Source of the DNA: Octopus sinensis
Taxonomy: Eukaryota
Assembly (NCBI RefSeq): GCF_006345805.1
Contig: NC_043019.1
Span: forward strand, 13,081,360-13,145,359
DNA: 64,000 nucleotides
Direction: 5' to 3'
Positions within the stretch are counted from its first letter, which is position 1; each line of letters starts with the position of its first letter. Both the position numbers and the translations under genes were made by a program. A model generated the notes under the pieces. That model was not told the origin of the DNA. It was given only the letters and a program-made list of their open reading frames with translations, and did no database searches. Of this stretch, positions 1 through 10,530 are shown piece by piece.

Positions 1-463
1 ACATATATATATATATATAATATATATATATATATATTATACATGTACCGGTGTGGGATCATTTATCTGGCAATATAATATTTTGAACATCTTTTAATTA
101 GGGTTTTTAACTCAAACCTAATATCTAAAATGCAAACCAAATGATTTGTTCAGCTTTTTAATTGGTAGGTGCCTGTTGTCATTTTATCCAAAAAATAATA
201 TTTTACGATATATATATACATATATATATATATGTAATTGCTTTCATCCTTCAAAAAAACCATAAGATTAAAAGTCTGCACCTTCAAGTATTAATCTTTT
301 TGATACCATTTGCCTGACACTGCCTGTTTGATACAACACCTTTATTTCTAAAGTGCCCATATTTTAATTACAAACTTCATCATAATTTTATTGAAGTACC
401 TTTTCATAAGTTTATATTCCAAGTACCTGAATAATTAGTGTAGAAATATATGCAAAACTTAAG

Positions 464-653
464 TTATTTTGCTAAATGCAACAAATTTCTTAAATCAATT
501 TTAATCAAATCATATGACTCAATCATGATTGGATAATATCCAAAGCTTTGGTTAATGACACTTGTGGATCCAAGTGGATCGTTTGTTGATGGTTGCTTCT
601 GATAGAACCATCTGGAAAAGTATGTCTGAGGAACTCCACTTTTATTGCCCTCA
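464..653 (-). CDS. Terminal coding exon of an unidentified spliced gene (gene X): (S)EGNKSGVPQTYFSRWFYQKQ...YYPIMIESYDLIKIDLRNLLHLAK*
   Basis: Acceptor TTATATTTCAG|T at 654/653. 190 nt = 1 nt + 63 codons ending TAA at 464. The phase-2 start matches the upstream exon ending AG (AG|T = Ser). AATAAA on the minus strand at 392-387 and 346-341. Confidence 0.65.
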
Positions 654-1435
654 CTGAAATATAAGTGGATAAAGATGGATGGAGGGATGGTCATTAATGG
701 AGTTAAATATATAGCAGAAGTTACTTGAACATTAAGACACCCATAAAATGCTTGTAATGGGTGTGGGTCCTGTACAGTTTATGATTTAAAGCAGCACAAA
801 AGAAAGAATTTAAAATTTTATATTAACATACTTAACAGACAAATAATTTAGAAACAGATGATGTAATTGGGTGAAGCAACATCAAAGTAGAAAATTCCCA
901 GTTTATTGTTTTTGCCCCTTACTGTGACCAAAAACAAGTCACAATTTCTCCTTTGCAGCACATTCTATCTTAAGAAATAGAAGTCACATTGGATACTACT
1001 ATCATTATGTCTGTGAAAAAAAAAAAAAAATTTTTAATAATTGATGGGATGGTCATGGTTGAAATGTCTTTGATTGTAGATCTACTCAATCTGAGCTAAC
1101 CTATGACGAAAATTGTCCCAAATGTGACCATCCCAATTTTGGAATATCAGAGAGCAATATTGTCCAGTGTCTCTTTTCAACAATGTTGGATTATCGTAGC
1201 AATCTCTCTTTTTACTTATACAAAAACCATTTCGTACCAGATGACTGAAAGCACATCGTTAAGCACTAAAGATGTACAATGACAATTGTGCAGCACATTC
1301 TGTCATACTGCCCCTTATCAAGGATGATATTTCCTGTATAATGGCAACCTAGCTGTGTATCCTTGACCCAACCAGATGAATTAAGGAGTACTTTACTTAT
1401 TCAGAGTAAAAGCTTAAGAATTTGGGCAGCTTTAC

Positions 1436-1497
1436 CTTGTTTCATCATTGAACTCTTTTTCATTCATCTCCAAGAAATATATTTCAATTATCAGTAC
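1436..1497 (-). CDS. Internal coding exon of gene X: VLIIEIYFLEMNEKEFNDET(S)
   Basis: Acceptor ATATTATAG|GTA and donor AAG|GTAAAG. 62 nt, phase 0 to 2, open frame, joins exon 653-464 in frame. Confidence 0.62.
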
Positions 1498-2116
1498 CTA
1501 TAATATACTCTCATTATGAACCAAATGAGGGAGCCATTACATGGTTGCTCAGTTTGCAAGAAATAGCAGCCAAAATCTCCTTCAAATCACTCCCCGCATG
1601 CATCATCTTAAGAAAAAGAAAGAGGGAAAGACACAACCAGGCTCTAGTCTGATCTGGCAGAGTTTCTACAGCTGGATGTCCTTCCTAATGCCAACCACTC
1701 CAAGAGTGTAGTGGGTGCTTTTACGTGCCAACGGCACGAGGGCCAGTCAGGCGGTACTGGCAACGGCCACACTCAAATGGTGTTTTTTACGTGCCACCTG
1801 CACAGGAGCCAGTCCAGCGGCACTGGCAACGACCTCGCTCGAATGTTTTTTCACGTGCCATTAGCGTAAACGCTGGTAACGATCACACTCGAATGGTGCC
1901 CACATAAGGTGTCAATTATTTACAAATAAGTAATAATCCAGCATTACCATAATCCAATGGCTATGCTGAATGAAACTTTTACAGAATGGAACCATTTCTT
2001 ATAGCAGAACAGACTGTCATAAGGTCTCCTTGTAAACATCATGGATTACTTAAGTGAAGTGTAAAGACAATATACATACATATATAATAACAGTTAGACT
2101 TAGTTCCATACGGCTT

Positions 2117-2653
2117 AACCCTTTAGTATTCAAATTCTGTCAAATTTAATGCTTATTTATTCATATTGTTTTGAATTAATCATGCATTAGCTAGTAGCGT
2201 CAAGATTTCGATGATGTGATTGCTTACTTTTAGAATGACATTTTAGTGTAGGTGTGAGAGGCTGGATCTGGCCTTGTTTTGAATTTATCATGCATTATCT
2301 CATAGCTTTGAGATTTCAATGATATGATTGCTTACTTTTAGAATGACATTGTAGGGTAGGTGTGAGAAGCTGGATCTGGCCGGCTTGAGCATAAAGCAGG
2401 TAGAATATTTGGACGGATATGGCTGGTTTCAAAAATAAAGAGCTAACCTTTAGCATTCAGGTTACTCTGTCAATTGTAATGCTTTTTGAATTAGTAATGC
2501 ATTAGCTTGTAGCTTCAAGATTTTGATGATGTGATTGCTTACTTTTAGAATGACATGGTAGGGAAGGTGAGAGAGCCTTGGTCTGGCCAGTATGAACATA
2601 CAACAGGTAAAATACGTGGGCTGAATATGGCTGGTTTAAATTCTAAAGGGTCA
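2117..2653. mobile_element. piggyBac-like MITE, two head-to-tail copies with an internal duplication
   Basis: Starts TTAA|CCCTTTAG (2115-2126) and ends CTAAAGGG|TCAA (~2644-2655). The internal ...gatgtgattgcttacttttagaatgaca... block occurs three times. A partial copy starts at ~11165. Confidence 0.5.
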
Positions 2654-3379
2654 AAGTTACATGGCCATTTAAGGCACATCCTGCTTCCAAATACCTGATG
2701 AGATGATGTGTCCTACAGACCTATGACACTTTATATTATATCACATGGAGCTGAGTTAAACTGTTATTAAGTAAGTGTGACTCCAACCAAATGTATTGAG
2801 TACTACTTAATTTCATTTGTTCTCTCGCTCATGTATAAGATACTGAATTTAGCAGATAAGTTCTAGAAACTGGTAGAATATTAAATTAGAAATAGCTAAG
2901 TACTAAATATTCAGTTTTCTAAATGTGGTATTTTTTTTTACTATTTTCTACATTCTAAACTGATTAATTATAACAAAAAACAAAAAAAAAGATGGTAGTT
3001 TGTCAAACAAAATACCTTATGGTATTGATTACATTTATTTATGCTCAGGTTAGCTTAAATTGTCTTTTTCTTTGAAAGTCAATAAAATAAACAGAAATTT
3101 ATAAAACACTGAGGTCAATTTACAGTCATCTAAACTCTCAAAGGAGTTGCCCCAGCATGGCCACAGTCTATTGCCTGAAAGTAGTAAAAGTATAGCCCTA
3201 TCCAACAAAAGATATGTTCGAAATATGCCAAATAAATTGTCCTACGTCTCTCTATAAAAAAATGTTTATCTTTTATAAGAAAAAAAGAAAAAAACTTTGC
3301 CTGGGTTTTAAAAAATAAAGTTAATAAAGCAAAAAAAATTATTTTCTAAAAAGAATTTATTTTTTTCTTTGTATTTTAC

Positions 3380-3475
3380 TTTTGAAATTATCATTTGGCA
3401 AAAATCATTACAGCGTCCAACAGAATATTTTCTGGTATTCATTGATGGCCCTTTTATGTTTGTTTTTTTTATATC
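3380..3475 (-). CDS. Upstream coding exon of gene X: DIKKTNIKGPSMNTRKYSVGRCNDFCQMIISK
   Basis: NAGNAG acceptor TTTTTCCTCAG/CAG| (start 3478 or 3475) and donor AAA|GTAAAA. 96 nt, phase 0-0, joins exon 1497-1436 in frame. An in-frame TAA lies just upstream of the acceptor. Confidence 0.5.
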
Positions 3476-3544
3476 CTGCTGAGGAAAAATTTACCCTTCG
3501 TTCTTCTGAGGTTGATGAAATAAAGTAACAGTCAAATGCTGTGG

Positions 3545-3788
3545 GTCTATGCTCTTACAGAAAGATCTAGATGCCATCTGTACATGGGCTGAGGATAACA
3601 ACATGCAATTTAATGCAAGTAAATTCCAGGCCCTCTGCTACCAGTTAAGCACTGCTCAGGAATCATGACATCAGTACACTGGACCAAGTGGAGCAACGAT
3701 CCCAGAATCAAATACGGTGCATGATCTTGGAATAGAAATTAGCAACAATGCCTCATTTCACACACATATCAACAAAATGGTAGCAGTA
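3545..3788 (+). mobile_element. CR1/L2-type LINE reverse-transcriptase C-terminal remnant
   Basis: Translates LQKDLDAICTWAEDNNMQFNASKFQAL...VHDLGIEISNNASFHTHINKMV, matching the LQxDLxxxxxW...MxFNxxK and DLG..F..HI motifs. Contains an internal stop. Confidence 0.7.
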
Positions 3789-3789
3789 T

Positions 3790-4184
3790 AGGCGCAGGAG
3801 TGGCTGTGTGGTAAGTAGCTTGCTTACCAACCACATGGTTCCGGGTTCAGTCCCGCTGCGTGGCACCTTGGGCAAATGTCTTCTACTATAGCCTCGGGCC
3901 GACCAAAGCCTTGTGAGTGGATTTGGTAGACGGAAACTGAAAGAAGCCTGTCGTATATATGTATATATATGTATGTGCATGTATGTTTGTGTGTCTGTGT
4001 TTGTCCCCCTAGCATTGCTTGACAACCGATGCTGGTGTGTTTACGTCCCCATCACTTAGCGGTTCGGCAAAAGGGACCGATAGAATAAGTACTGGGCTTA
4101 CAAAGAATAAGTCCCGGGGTCGAGTTGCTCGACTAAAGGCGGTGCTCCAGCATGGCTACAGTCAAATGACAAACAAATAAAAGA
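3790..4184 (+). mobile_element. SINE family A (tRNA-like head GGCTGTGTGGTAAG..GGTTCAGTCCC, CORE-like CCTTGGGCAAG, tail GTAAAAGA)
   Basis: About 400-bp element found more than 20 times in the window, including 15691, 16251, 16976, 27191, 37768, 38628, 53008, 54960, 58478, 59107, 60843 and 62124. Confidence 0.9.
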
Positions 4185-4422
4185 ATATATATATGTATAT
4201 CACGTCAAGGGGATGTAGCATACCTTTAATTGATAAGGTAAAAAAAAACATATAATAACTGCACAAACAAATGGAAAATAGACACAGAAGGTGACCAACT
4301 CCTCATCAGTTATCAGCCAGAGGGTCAAACACCATTTTGCACCTTTAACAAAAATAGCTCTTTTGCCTTAATAACGGTCAATCACACAGTCATTTCCCTT
4401 TGTATAATTTTTCCGATGGCCG

Positions 4423-4483
4423 GATAACTGAAGAGATGGTGGTGTGGATTTCCACCTCAGCATCCGAAACTCAGAGTTTTATC
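4423..4483 (+). ncRNA. Putative type I hammerhead ribozyme motif inside an interspersed repeat (~4190-4600)
   Basis: Stem I GATAA/TTATC, core CTGAAGA, stem II GATG..CATC with an inner GTGG/CCAC hairpin and one extra C, then GAA, stem III ACT(CAG)AGT, and cleavage triplet GTT. Confidence 0.5.
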
Positions 4484-4597
4484 ATGGCTACCGAATAATT
4501 GTCACATATTACATTTACAGATAAATTCCTCTATTTACATAACATCGAGGTCTCTTCCATTCTTTTGTTGTCTTACTATTTTTATCAATATATATAT

Positions 4598-4830
4598 ATT
4601 TCTTTACTACCCACAAGGGGCTAAACACAGAGGGGATAAACAAGGACAGACAAATGGATTAAGTCGATTACATCGATCCCAGTGCGTAACTGGTACTTAA
4701 TTTATCGACCCCGAAAGGATGAAAGGCAAAGTCGACCTCGGCGGAATTTGAACTCAGAACGTAACGGCAGACGAAATACCGCTAAGTATTTCGCCCAGCG
4801 TGCTAACGTTTCTGCCAGCTCGCCGCCTAA
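4598..4830 (-). mobile_element. SINE family C (head GGCGGCGAGCTGGCAGAAACGTTAGC..GAGTTCAAATTCC)
   Basis: About 230-bp element. Further copies at 6312-6910 (interrupted), 10520-10752, 22878-23200, 28695-29065, 32000-32232, 41080-41215, 47258-47470, 48720-49890 and 59950-60358. Confidence 0.85.
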
Positions 4831-5090
4831 TTATCAATATATATAGATATATGCATACATATGATGGGCTTCTTCCAGTTTCTGTCTATCAAACCTACTC
4901 ACAAAGCTTTGGTCAGCTCTGGTTTATAGTAGAAGACACTTGCCCAAGGTGCTGTGTAGTGGGATTGAACCCAAGACCACATGGTTGGGAAGCAAGCTTT
5001 TTAACCACACAACAATACCATGCATTTCTGTATGAATGTTTTTTTTTTTTATAAAATAAAATATCAACAGAAATTATGTTTAAATCAACA

Positions 5091-5096
5091 TTTATT
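5091..5096 (-). promoter_or_regulatory. Candidate polyadenylation signal of TMEM205
   Basis: AATAAA on the minus strand about 100 nt after the TAA at 5193. Confidence 0.45.
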
Positions 5097-5192
5097 TTTG
5101 CAAAAAAATTTTTAATTACAAAAACTTCAAAAAAAAAAAAAATGACAAATTACTATATAAAATTGAGAGGAAAAAAAAATGCCGGAAATCAA

Positions 5193-5477
5193 TTAGAGGC
5201 CTCTGAAAGACAGGGAATACAGATGCGAAAAATTACCTAGCATAATGAGGAAGTTTGAGAACGTGCTTGCCATATGGTAACGGCTGAAGGTTTTATTGAT
5301 GGCAGCATAGATTGGATTTTTCATGAGTTCTGAGCGATCGACACTGAAACCTACTTCATGTCCGACTCCAACTTTCTGCTCCAAGTTATGTCGTTTAAAC
5401 ATAGCGTCTGCGGACTGAGGGCCAAACACAAGGAAGTTTAGCAGGGAAAAGACCAGATTAGAAGAGAGCATGGCAAC
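5193..5477 (-). CDS. TMEM205: Transmembrane protein 205, last coding exon
   Basis: Acceptor CATTTTCAG|GTT, phase 0. Encodes VAMLSSNLVFSLLNFLVFGPQSADAMFKRHNLEQKVGVGHEVG...YAAINKTFSRYHMASTFSNFL...; the GxGxEV and F.RYH..S...N motifs match TMEM205 (DUF4149) as I recall the family. Confidence 0.9.
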   Translation of the reverse strand, partial: VAMLSSNLVFSLLNFLVFGPQSADAMFKRHNLEQKVGVGHEVGFSVDRSELMKNPIYAAINKTFSRYHMASTFSNFLIMLGNFSHLYSLSFRGL

Positions 5478-5582
5478 CTGAAAATGTAGGATAGAAAATG
5501 AATTAGTAAAAAGTTTGTAGATTATACATATATGTCAGTTAGTTGTTAGTCAGTCAGTTAGTCAGTTCTCTCCATGCCGAGT

Positions 5583-5965
5583 GGAGGCGCAATGGCCCAG
5601 TGGTTAGGGCAGCGGACTCGCGGTCATAGGATCACGGTTTCGATTCCCAGACCGGGCGTTGTGAGTGTTTATTGAGCGAAAACACCTAAAGCTCCACGAG
5701 GCTCCGGCAGGGGATGGTGGTGATCCCTGCTGTACTCTTTCACCACAACTTTCTCTCACTCTTACTTCCTGTTTCTGTTGTACCTGTATTTCAAAGGGCC
5801 GGCTTTGTCACTCTCTGTGTCACGCTGAATATCCCCGAGAACTACGTTAAGGGTACGCGTGTCTGTGGAGTGCTCAGCCACTTACACGTTAATTTCACGA
5901 GCAGGTTGTTCCGTTGATTCGGATCAACGGGAACCCTCGTCATCGTAACCGACGGAGTGCTTCCA
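5583..5965 (+). mobile_element. SINE family B (head GGAGGCGCAATGGCCCAGTGGTTAGGGC..GGTTTCGATTCCC)
   Basis: A and B boxes present. Near-identical copies at 25765-26147(-), 26473-26858(+) and 45803-46133(+); variants at 7482-7770 and 42328-42545(-). Confidence 0.88.
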
Positions 5966-5984
5966 TCCATCCATCTCTCCATGC

Positions 5985-6305
5985 CAGGAGGTGCATAAGG
6001 CCACAATGCAATCTCTCCAACAAGCTCTGTTTTCTGCCACTGTTCTCTTCTCGTTTCAGCTTCTCCAGCCCTGTTGTCTCTTTTCTTTGCCAATGGTACT
6101 TCACCATGTGGTTCTAGAGCACCTTGTTGCTCAGTGCCGCTCTCTCAAAGTGGATGGAACGCATGGAAGTGGGAGACCCAGGAAGACATGAGATGAAGTA
6201 CTGAAGAACGACCTCATGAAGCTGAATCTTTCAGGTGAAATGACAAAGAAAAAAGATACCTGGTGCCTGGCTGTACTCAAGAAGACCCATAACCCACAGC
6301 ATGCT
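5985..6305. mobile_element. Two RTE-clade LINE 3' ends joined back to back
   Basis: 5985-6128(-) reads RTTW*STIGKEKRQQGW..AENRACWRDCIVALC. 6130-6305(+) reads GSGRPRKT*DEVLKNDLMKLNL..W. Both resemble the GRPRxxW C-terminal tail of RTE ORFs. Confidence 0.55.
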
Positions 6306-6489
6306 AACAATTCTTATTTCTTTATTGCCCACAAGGGGCTAAACATAGAGTAGACAAACAAGGACAGAAAAAGGGATTAAGTCGATTACATCGACCCCAG
6401 TGCGTAACTGGTACTTAATTTATTGACCCTGAAAGGATGAAAGGCAAAGCTGACCTGGGCGGAATTTGAACTCAGAACGTAACAGCAGA

Positions 6490-6868
6490 TTCTCTAGAAA
6501 AACAACGACGCCGTGGTGATCTCATTCTTGCTCAAAACATCATTAGTGGAAAGTGTAACCTCTCGAAAGAGCTGTTCTTCACTCCTGCTCCAGAGCGTCG
6601 GCTGCGGGGTCACTCTGAAAAGCTCTATCTGCGATGATTTAATCTCAATCGAAGGAGAGGGGCTTTCTCCGTCCGGGTTGCAGATCCGTGGAATAAGCTG
6701 CCGGACGAGATAGTGAAGATGCCAACGACCACTTGGTTCAAAGTCTCTCTTGACCAGAAATGGCCTGAACTCTTTACATGAGCACCACCCTGTACATAAC
6801 TCCATGTCCCCCTACATGGCCTTGCTTTTTGCTTTTTGAGCCCAAAAATTAACGTAACTTAACTTAAG
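6490..6868 (+). mobile_element. CR1-type LINE 3' end inserted inside a family-C SINE
   Basis: Reads SLEKQRRRGDLIL..RLRGHSEKL..FSVRVADPWNKLP..FKVSLD*, with a short TAAC-like tail. SINE C sequence is present on both sides (6312-6489 and 6868-6910). Confidence 0.75.
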
Positions 6869-6977
6869 CATTTTGCCTGGCATGCTAACGTTTCTGCCAG
6901 CTCGCCGCCTTTATAAACAATAATAATAATGATAATAATAATAATAATGATGATAATGAAAACTGCATTTCACTTAC

Positions 6978-7141
6978 CTGAATTTTATTCTGAGTATCCC
7001 AGCTTACATATGGGTTTTTCAATACATATGTCATTAACGTGATTGATGAAGTTACGGTTCCAAGTGCGAAAAAGCAGGGGAACAGCTTGCTTTGTACCTC
7101 ACCAAACTTGTGGCGAGGGAGCACCATTATCATTACAGGAC
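6978..7141 (-). CDS. TMEM205: Transmembrane protein 205, internal coding exon
   Basis: Acceptor TTTTTGAAAG|GT and donor CAG|GTAAGT. 164 nt, phase 1 to 0. Encodes GPVMIMVLPRHKFGEVQSKLFPCFF..., compared with human LPRHTFGLVQSKLFPFYF. Confidence 0.92.
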
Positions 7142-8477
7142 CTTTCAAAAATACAATTACTCAGCTTAGTTCTTCAGTATTTAAACATTGTGTGTGCATA
7201 CATATTTACTGATTCTTTTACTTGTTTAAAGTCATTTGGCTGCAGCCATGCTGGAGCACCGCCTTAAAGGGTTTTAGTCGAAGAAATCGCACCCCCACCT
7301 CCCCAGGACTTATTCTTTGCAAGCCTAGTACTTATTCTATTGGTCTCTTTTGCCAAACTGCTAGGTCACGGGGACATAAACACACCAAACGATAGTACGG
7401 GGATAAACACAGACACAAAGACACATACATAAATCATATATATATATACATATATGCATATATATATATATATTATATGTGGAGGCGCAATGGCCCAGTG
7501 GTTAGGGCAGCGGACTCGCAGTTGTGGGATCGCAGTTTCGATTCCCAGACTGGGCGTTGTGTGTGTTTATTGAGCGAAAACACCTAAAAGCTCCACGAGG
7601 CTTCGGCAGGGGGGTGGTGATCCCTGCTGTACTCTTTCTCTCTTTCTTCTGTTGGCCTGCTTGCTTAGCCAGCGGGGTGGCGTCGTTCGAAGGCTAAAAC
7701 AATGCGAACCCATTGTGACCAGCGATGTGTAGCAACATCTGATGGTCTGGTCGGTCACGTGATCACGTGATATATTATATAAAATCCGTTCTGTCTGTTT
7801 GTGTGTGTGTCTTCTAGGATCTCGGGCATCCTCCATCTGATTGCGCTCAAATTTGATATGTAGATACTGACGATATCACAGCGTGTAAGAGTCTTGAAAA
7901 ATTACAAAAATCGATTTTTTGTAATGTAATCGATAAAGCCGTGGGAACAGGGGGACAAGTTGACTACACTGATCCAGTACATGTCTGGTATTTTACTTTG
8001 TCAACTTCAAAGGTGGCACATGGCTTAGTGGTTAAGGTTCTGGACTCATGATCGTCAGATTGTGGTTTCAATTCCTTGACCAGGTGGCATGTTGTGTTCT
8101 TGAGCAAAACACTTCATTTTGCGTTGCTCCAGTTCACTCAGCTGGCAAAAGTGAGTAATCTCGCAATGGACTGGCGTCCTATCCAGGTGGGGAACATATA
8201 TACACCACAGAAAATGGGAAACTGGTCCTAGGAGACTATACGACCCTGGAAAGACCATTATCCTATATTTTAATCCGATAAAGTAGGGGCTCTTGACCAC
8301 TTTTTAACTATGGACCCTTTTGGTCCCTATTTTACTTTAGCCTGACTTGGAGCAAAATTAGAAAGCACTTGCCGAAGGTAGTGCACAATGGGACTGAACT
8401 CAGAACCCTGTGGTTGGGAAGCAAACTTCTTCTTAACCACACAGCAATTTAAATATATAAATCATATTGAAAAAAAA

Positions 8478-8880
8478 AGGCGTGGCTGTGTGGTAAGTAG
8501 CTTGCTAACCAACCATATGGTTCCGGGTTCAGTCCCGCTGCGTGGCATCTTGGGCAAGTGTCTTCTGCTATAGCCCCGGGCCGACCAATGCCTTGTGAGT
8601 GGATTTGGTAGACGGAAACTGAAAGAAGCCTGTCGTATATATGTATATATATATATGTGTGTGTTTGTGTGTCTGTGTTTGTCCCCCTAGCATCGCTTGA
8701 CAACCGATGCTGGTGTGTTTACGTCCCTGTCACTTAGCGGTTCGGCAAAAAAGAGACCGATAGAATAAGTACTGGGCTTACAAAGAATAAGTCCCGGGGT
8801 CGAGTTGCTCGATTAAAGGCGGTGCTCCAGCATGGCCGCAGTCAAATGACTGAAACAAGTAAAAGAGAAAAGTAAAAGAG
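8478..8880 (+). mobile_element. SINE family A in a TMEM205 intron
   Basis: Full-length copy, inverted relative to the copy at 9194-9601. Confidence 0.9.
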
Positions 8881-8949
8881 AAAGAGGTGAAAAGACAAAT
8901 GCAGTAATTTTTTTTTTTGTTTTTTGGTGAATGATTTGAGAATATTTAC

Positions 8950-9116
8950 CTGCAATGAATGAAACCCAGTGTTGTGTACCAAAGTTTAAGGCAAAGGATC
9001 CTAAATGAAGGGCATTTAGGATTGGTCGGGCACTAGGTCCATGCCAACTGGAGAATATCTTCCACAATATTCCTACACTAATTCCTGTTACACTTACAAG
9101 GTGGATGTGTGTTACG
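8950..9116 (-). CDS. TMEM205: Transmembrane protein 205, upstream coding exon (start codon lies in a further upstream exon)
   Basis: Strong acceptor TTTGTTTTCTTTAATCTTCTTCAG|C and donor GCAG|GTAAAT. 167 nt, phase 2 to 1. Encodes VTHIHLVSVTGISVGILWKIFSS...LHLGSFALNFGTQHWVSFIAG, compared with human [21 protein letters not shown]. No in-frame ATG in this exon. Confidence 0.85.
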
Positions 9117-9193
9117 CTGAAGAAGATTAAAGAAAAACAAAAAAAAATGAATAATTAAAAAAGATTGAAAAAAAAAAGCATTTGTTATTTACT

Positions 9194-9601
9194 TTTTTAC
9201 TCTTTTACTTGTTTCAGTCATTTGACTGCGGCCATGCTGGAGCACAAACTTTAAGCGAGCAACTCGACCCCGGGACTTATTCTTTTGTAAGCCCAGTACT
9301 TATTCTATCGGTCTCTTTTGCCGAACCGCTAAGTAACGGGGACATAAACACACCAGCATCGGTTGTCAAGCAATGCTAGGGGGGACAAACACAGACATAC
9401 AAACACACACACGCATATATAGATATATACCTTTATACGATGGGCTTCTTTCAGTTTCCCTCTACCAAATCCACTCACAAGGCTTTGGTCGGCCCGAGGC
9501 TATAGTAGAAGACACTTGCCCAAGGTGCCACGCAGTGGGACTGAACCCGAAACCATATGGTTGGTAAGCAAGCTACTTATCACACCGCCACTCCTACGCC
9601 T
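9194..9601 (-). mobile_element. SINE family A in a TMEM205 intron
   Basis: Full-length copy with its tail facing the exon at 9116-8950. Confidence 0.9.
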
Positions 9602-9705
9602 ATTATTTTATAGAAATTAACAAACACAAAATATTGATTTCAAATTTTGGCACAGGGCCAGCAGGTTTAAGTGCTGGGATGGGGCTAAATTGATTACATT
9701 GACCT

Positions 9706-10200
9706 CATCATCATCATCATCATTGTTCGACCGTGGTTGAGATAATGGAATTTACCATGTTGCGCCAGACTTCACGGTCCATCATAGCATTACGGAGGTC
9801 CTGTTGCTGGATGCCTGTATCCCTGGAGATTACATCAGGGTAGGAGAGTGTGCGCCCTCTGGTGTTGCGAGTAGATGGCTTCCAGAGGAGAAGAGTAGAA
9901 ATTACTTCTTTTTCAGCTCTACAACAATGTCCAGCAAACTGGACTCTCCTACCCTTCACAAGAGATGACACAGGTGGTAATTTCCCATATATTTGCATTT
10001 TAGTTGGATGGCGCCTCCACGAGAGATTTTGAGCTCTCATAAGGAGGCGAGTGTAGGTTCCATCCAACCGCCTCTCAAGCTTCTTTGATAACGTCCAGGT
10101 TTCTGAGCCATATAGTAGGATTGGTTCGACTGTGGCTTTGAATATTTCAAGTTTGAAGTCTCTACTTAGATTTGATGACCAGATCTTATGCATGTCATTA
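9706..10200 (-). mobile_element. 5'-truncated RTE-clade LINE 3' end
   Basis: Open frame HKIWSSNLSRDFKLEIFKATVEPILLYGSETWTL...GHCCR..LLLWKP..RGR..DREVWRNMV*, followed by a (TGA)n tail. Close relative at 55548-55967. Confidence 0.88.
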
Positions 10201-10321
10201 CATTGACCTCAGTACTCATGTGATGTAGCTCTCCGCCTTACCAGTTCCAGTCAAACTGTCCAACCCATGCCAGCATGGAAAGCAGATGCTAAATGATGAG
10301 GATGAGACACACACACGACAG

Positions 10322-10530
10322 TATCATCATCGTCGCTTAACGTCCGCTTTCCATGCTAGCATGGGTTGGATGATTTGACTGAGGTCTGGCGAACCAGATG
10401 GCTGCACCAGGCTCCAATCTTGATCTGGCAGAGTCTCTACAGCAGGATGCCCTTCCTAACGCCAACCACTCCGAGAGTGTAGTGGGTGCTTTTACATGCC
10501 ACCGGCACGAGGGCCAGTTAGGTGGTACTG
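10322..10530 (+). mobile_element. Repeat family D ((ATC)n..CGCTTTCCATGCTAGCATGGGTTGGA..GGATGCCCTTCCTAACGCCAACCAC)
   Basis: Copies at 1640-1900 and 15089-15479. The latter has an internal tandem of about 55-60 bp (gtgccaccggcacgg...). Confidence 0.7.

Noticed and set aside
3753-4025. Recurrent MSSNARGTNTD.../MLGGQTQTH... ORFs found at more than 15 places
   Set aside because: Open frames within SINE family A, not genes.
5583-5660. tRNA genes at SINE heads (also 14817-14892)
   Set aside because: They have A and B boxes but no paired acceptor stem, and they continue into repeat bodies.
7780-7940. Helitron/DINE-1-like fragment (also 45370-45540)
   Set aside because: Only general resemblance to Helentron-associated cores; no termini could be verified.
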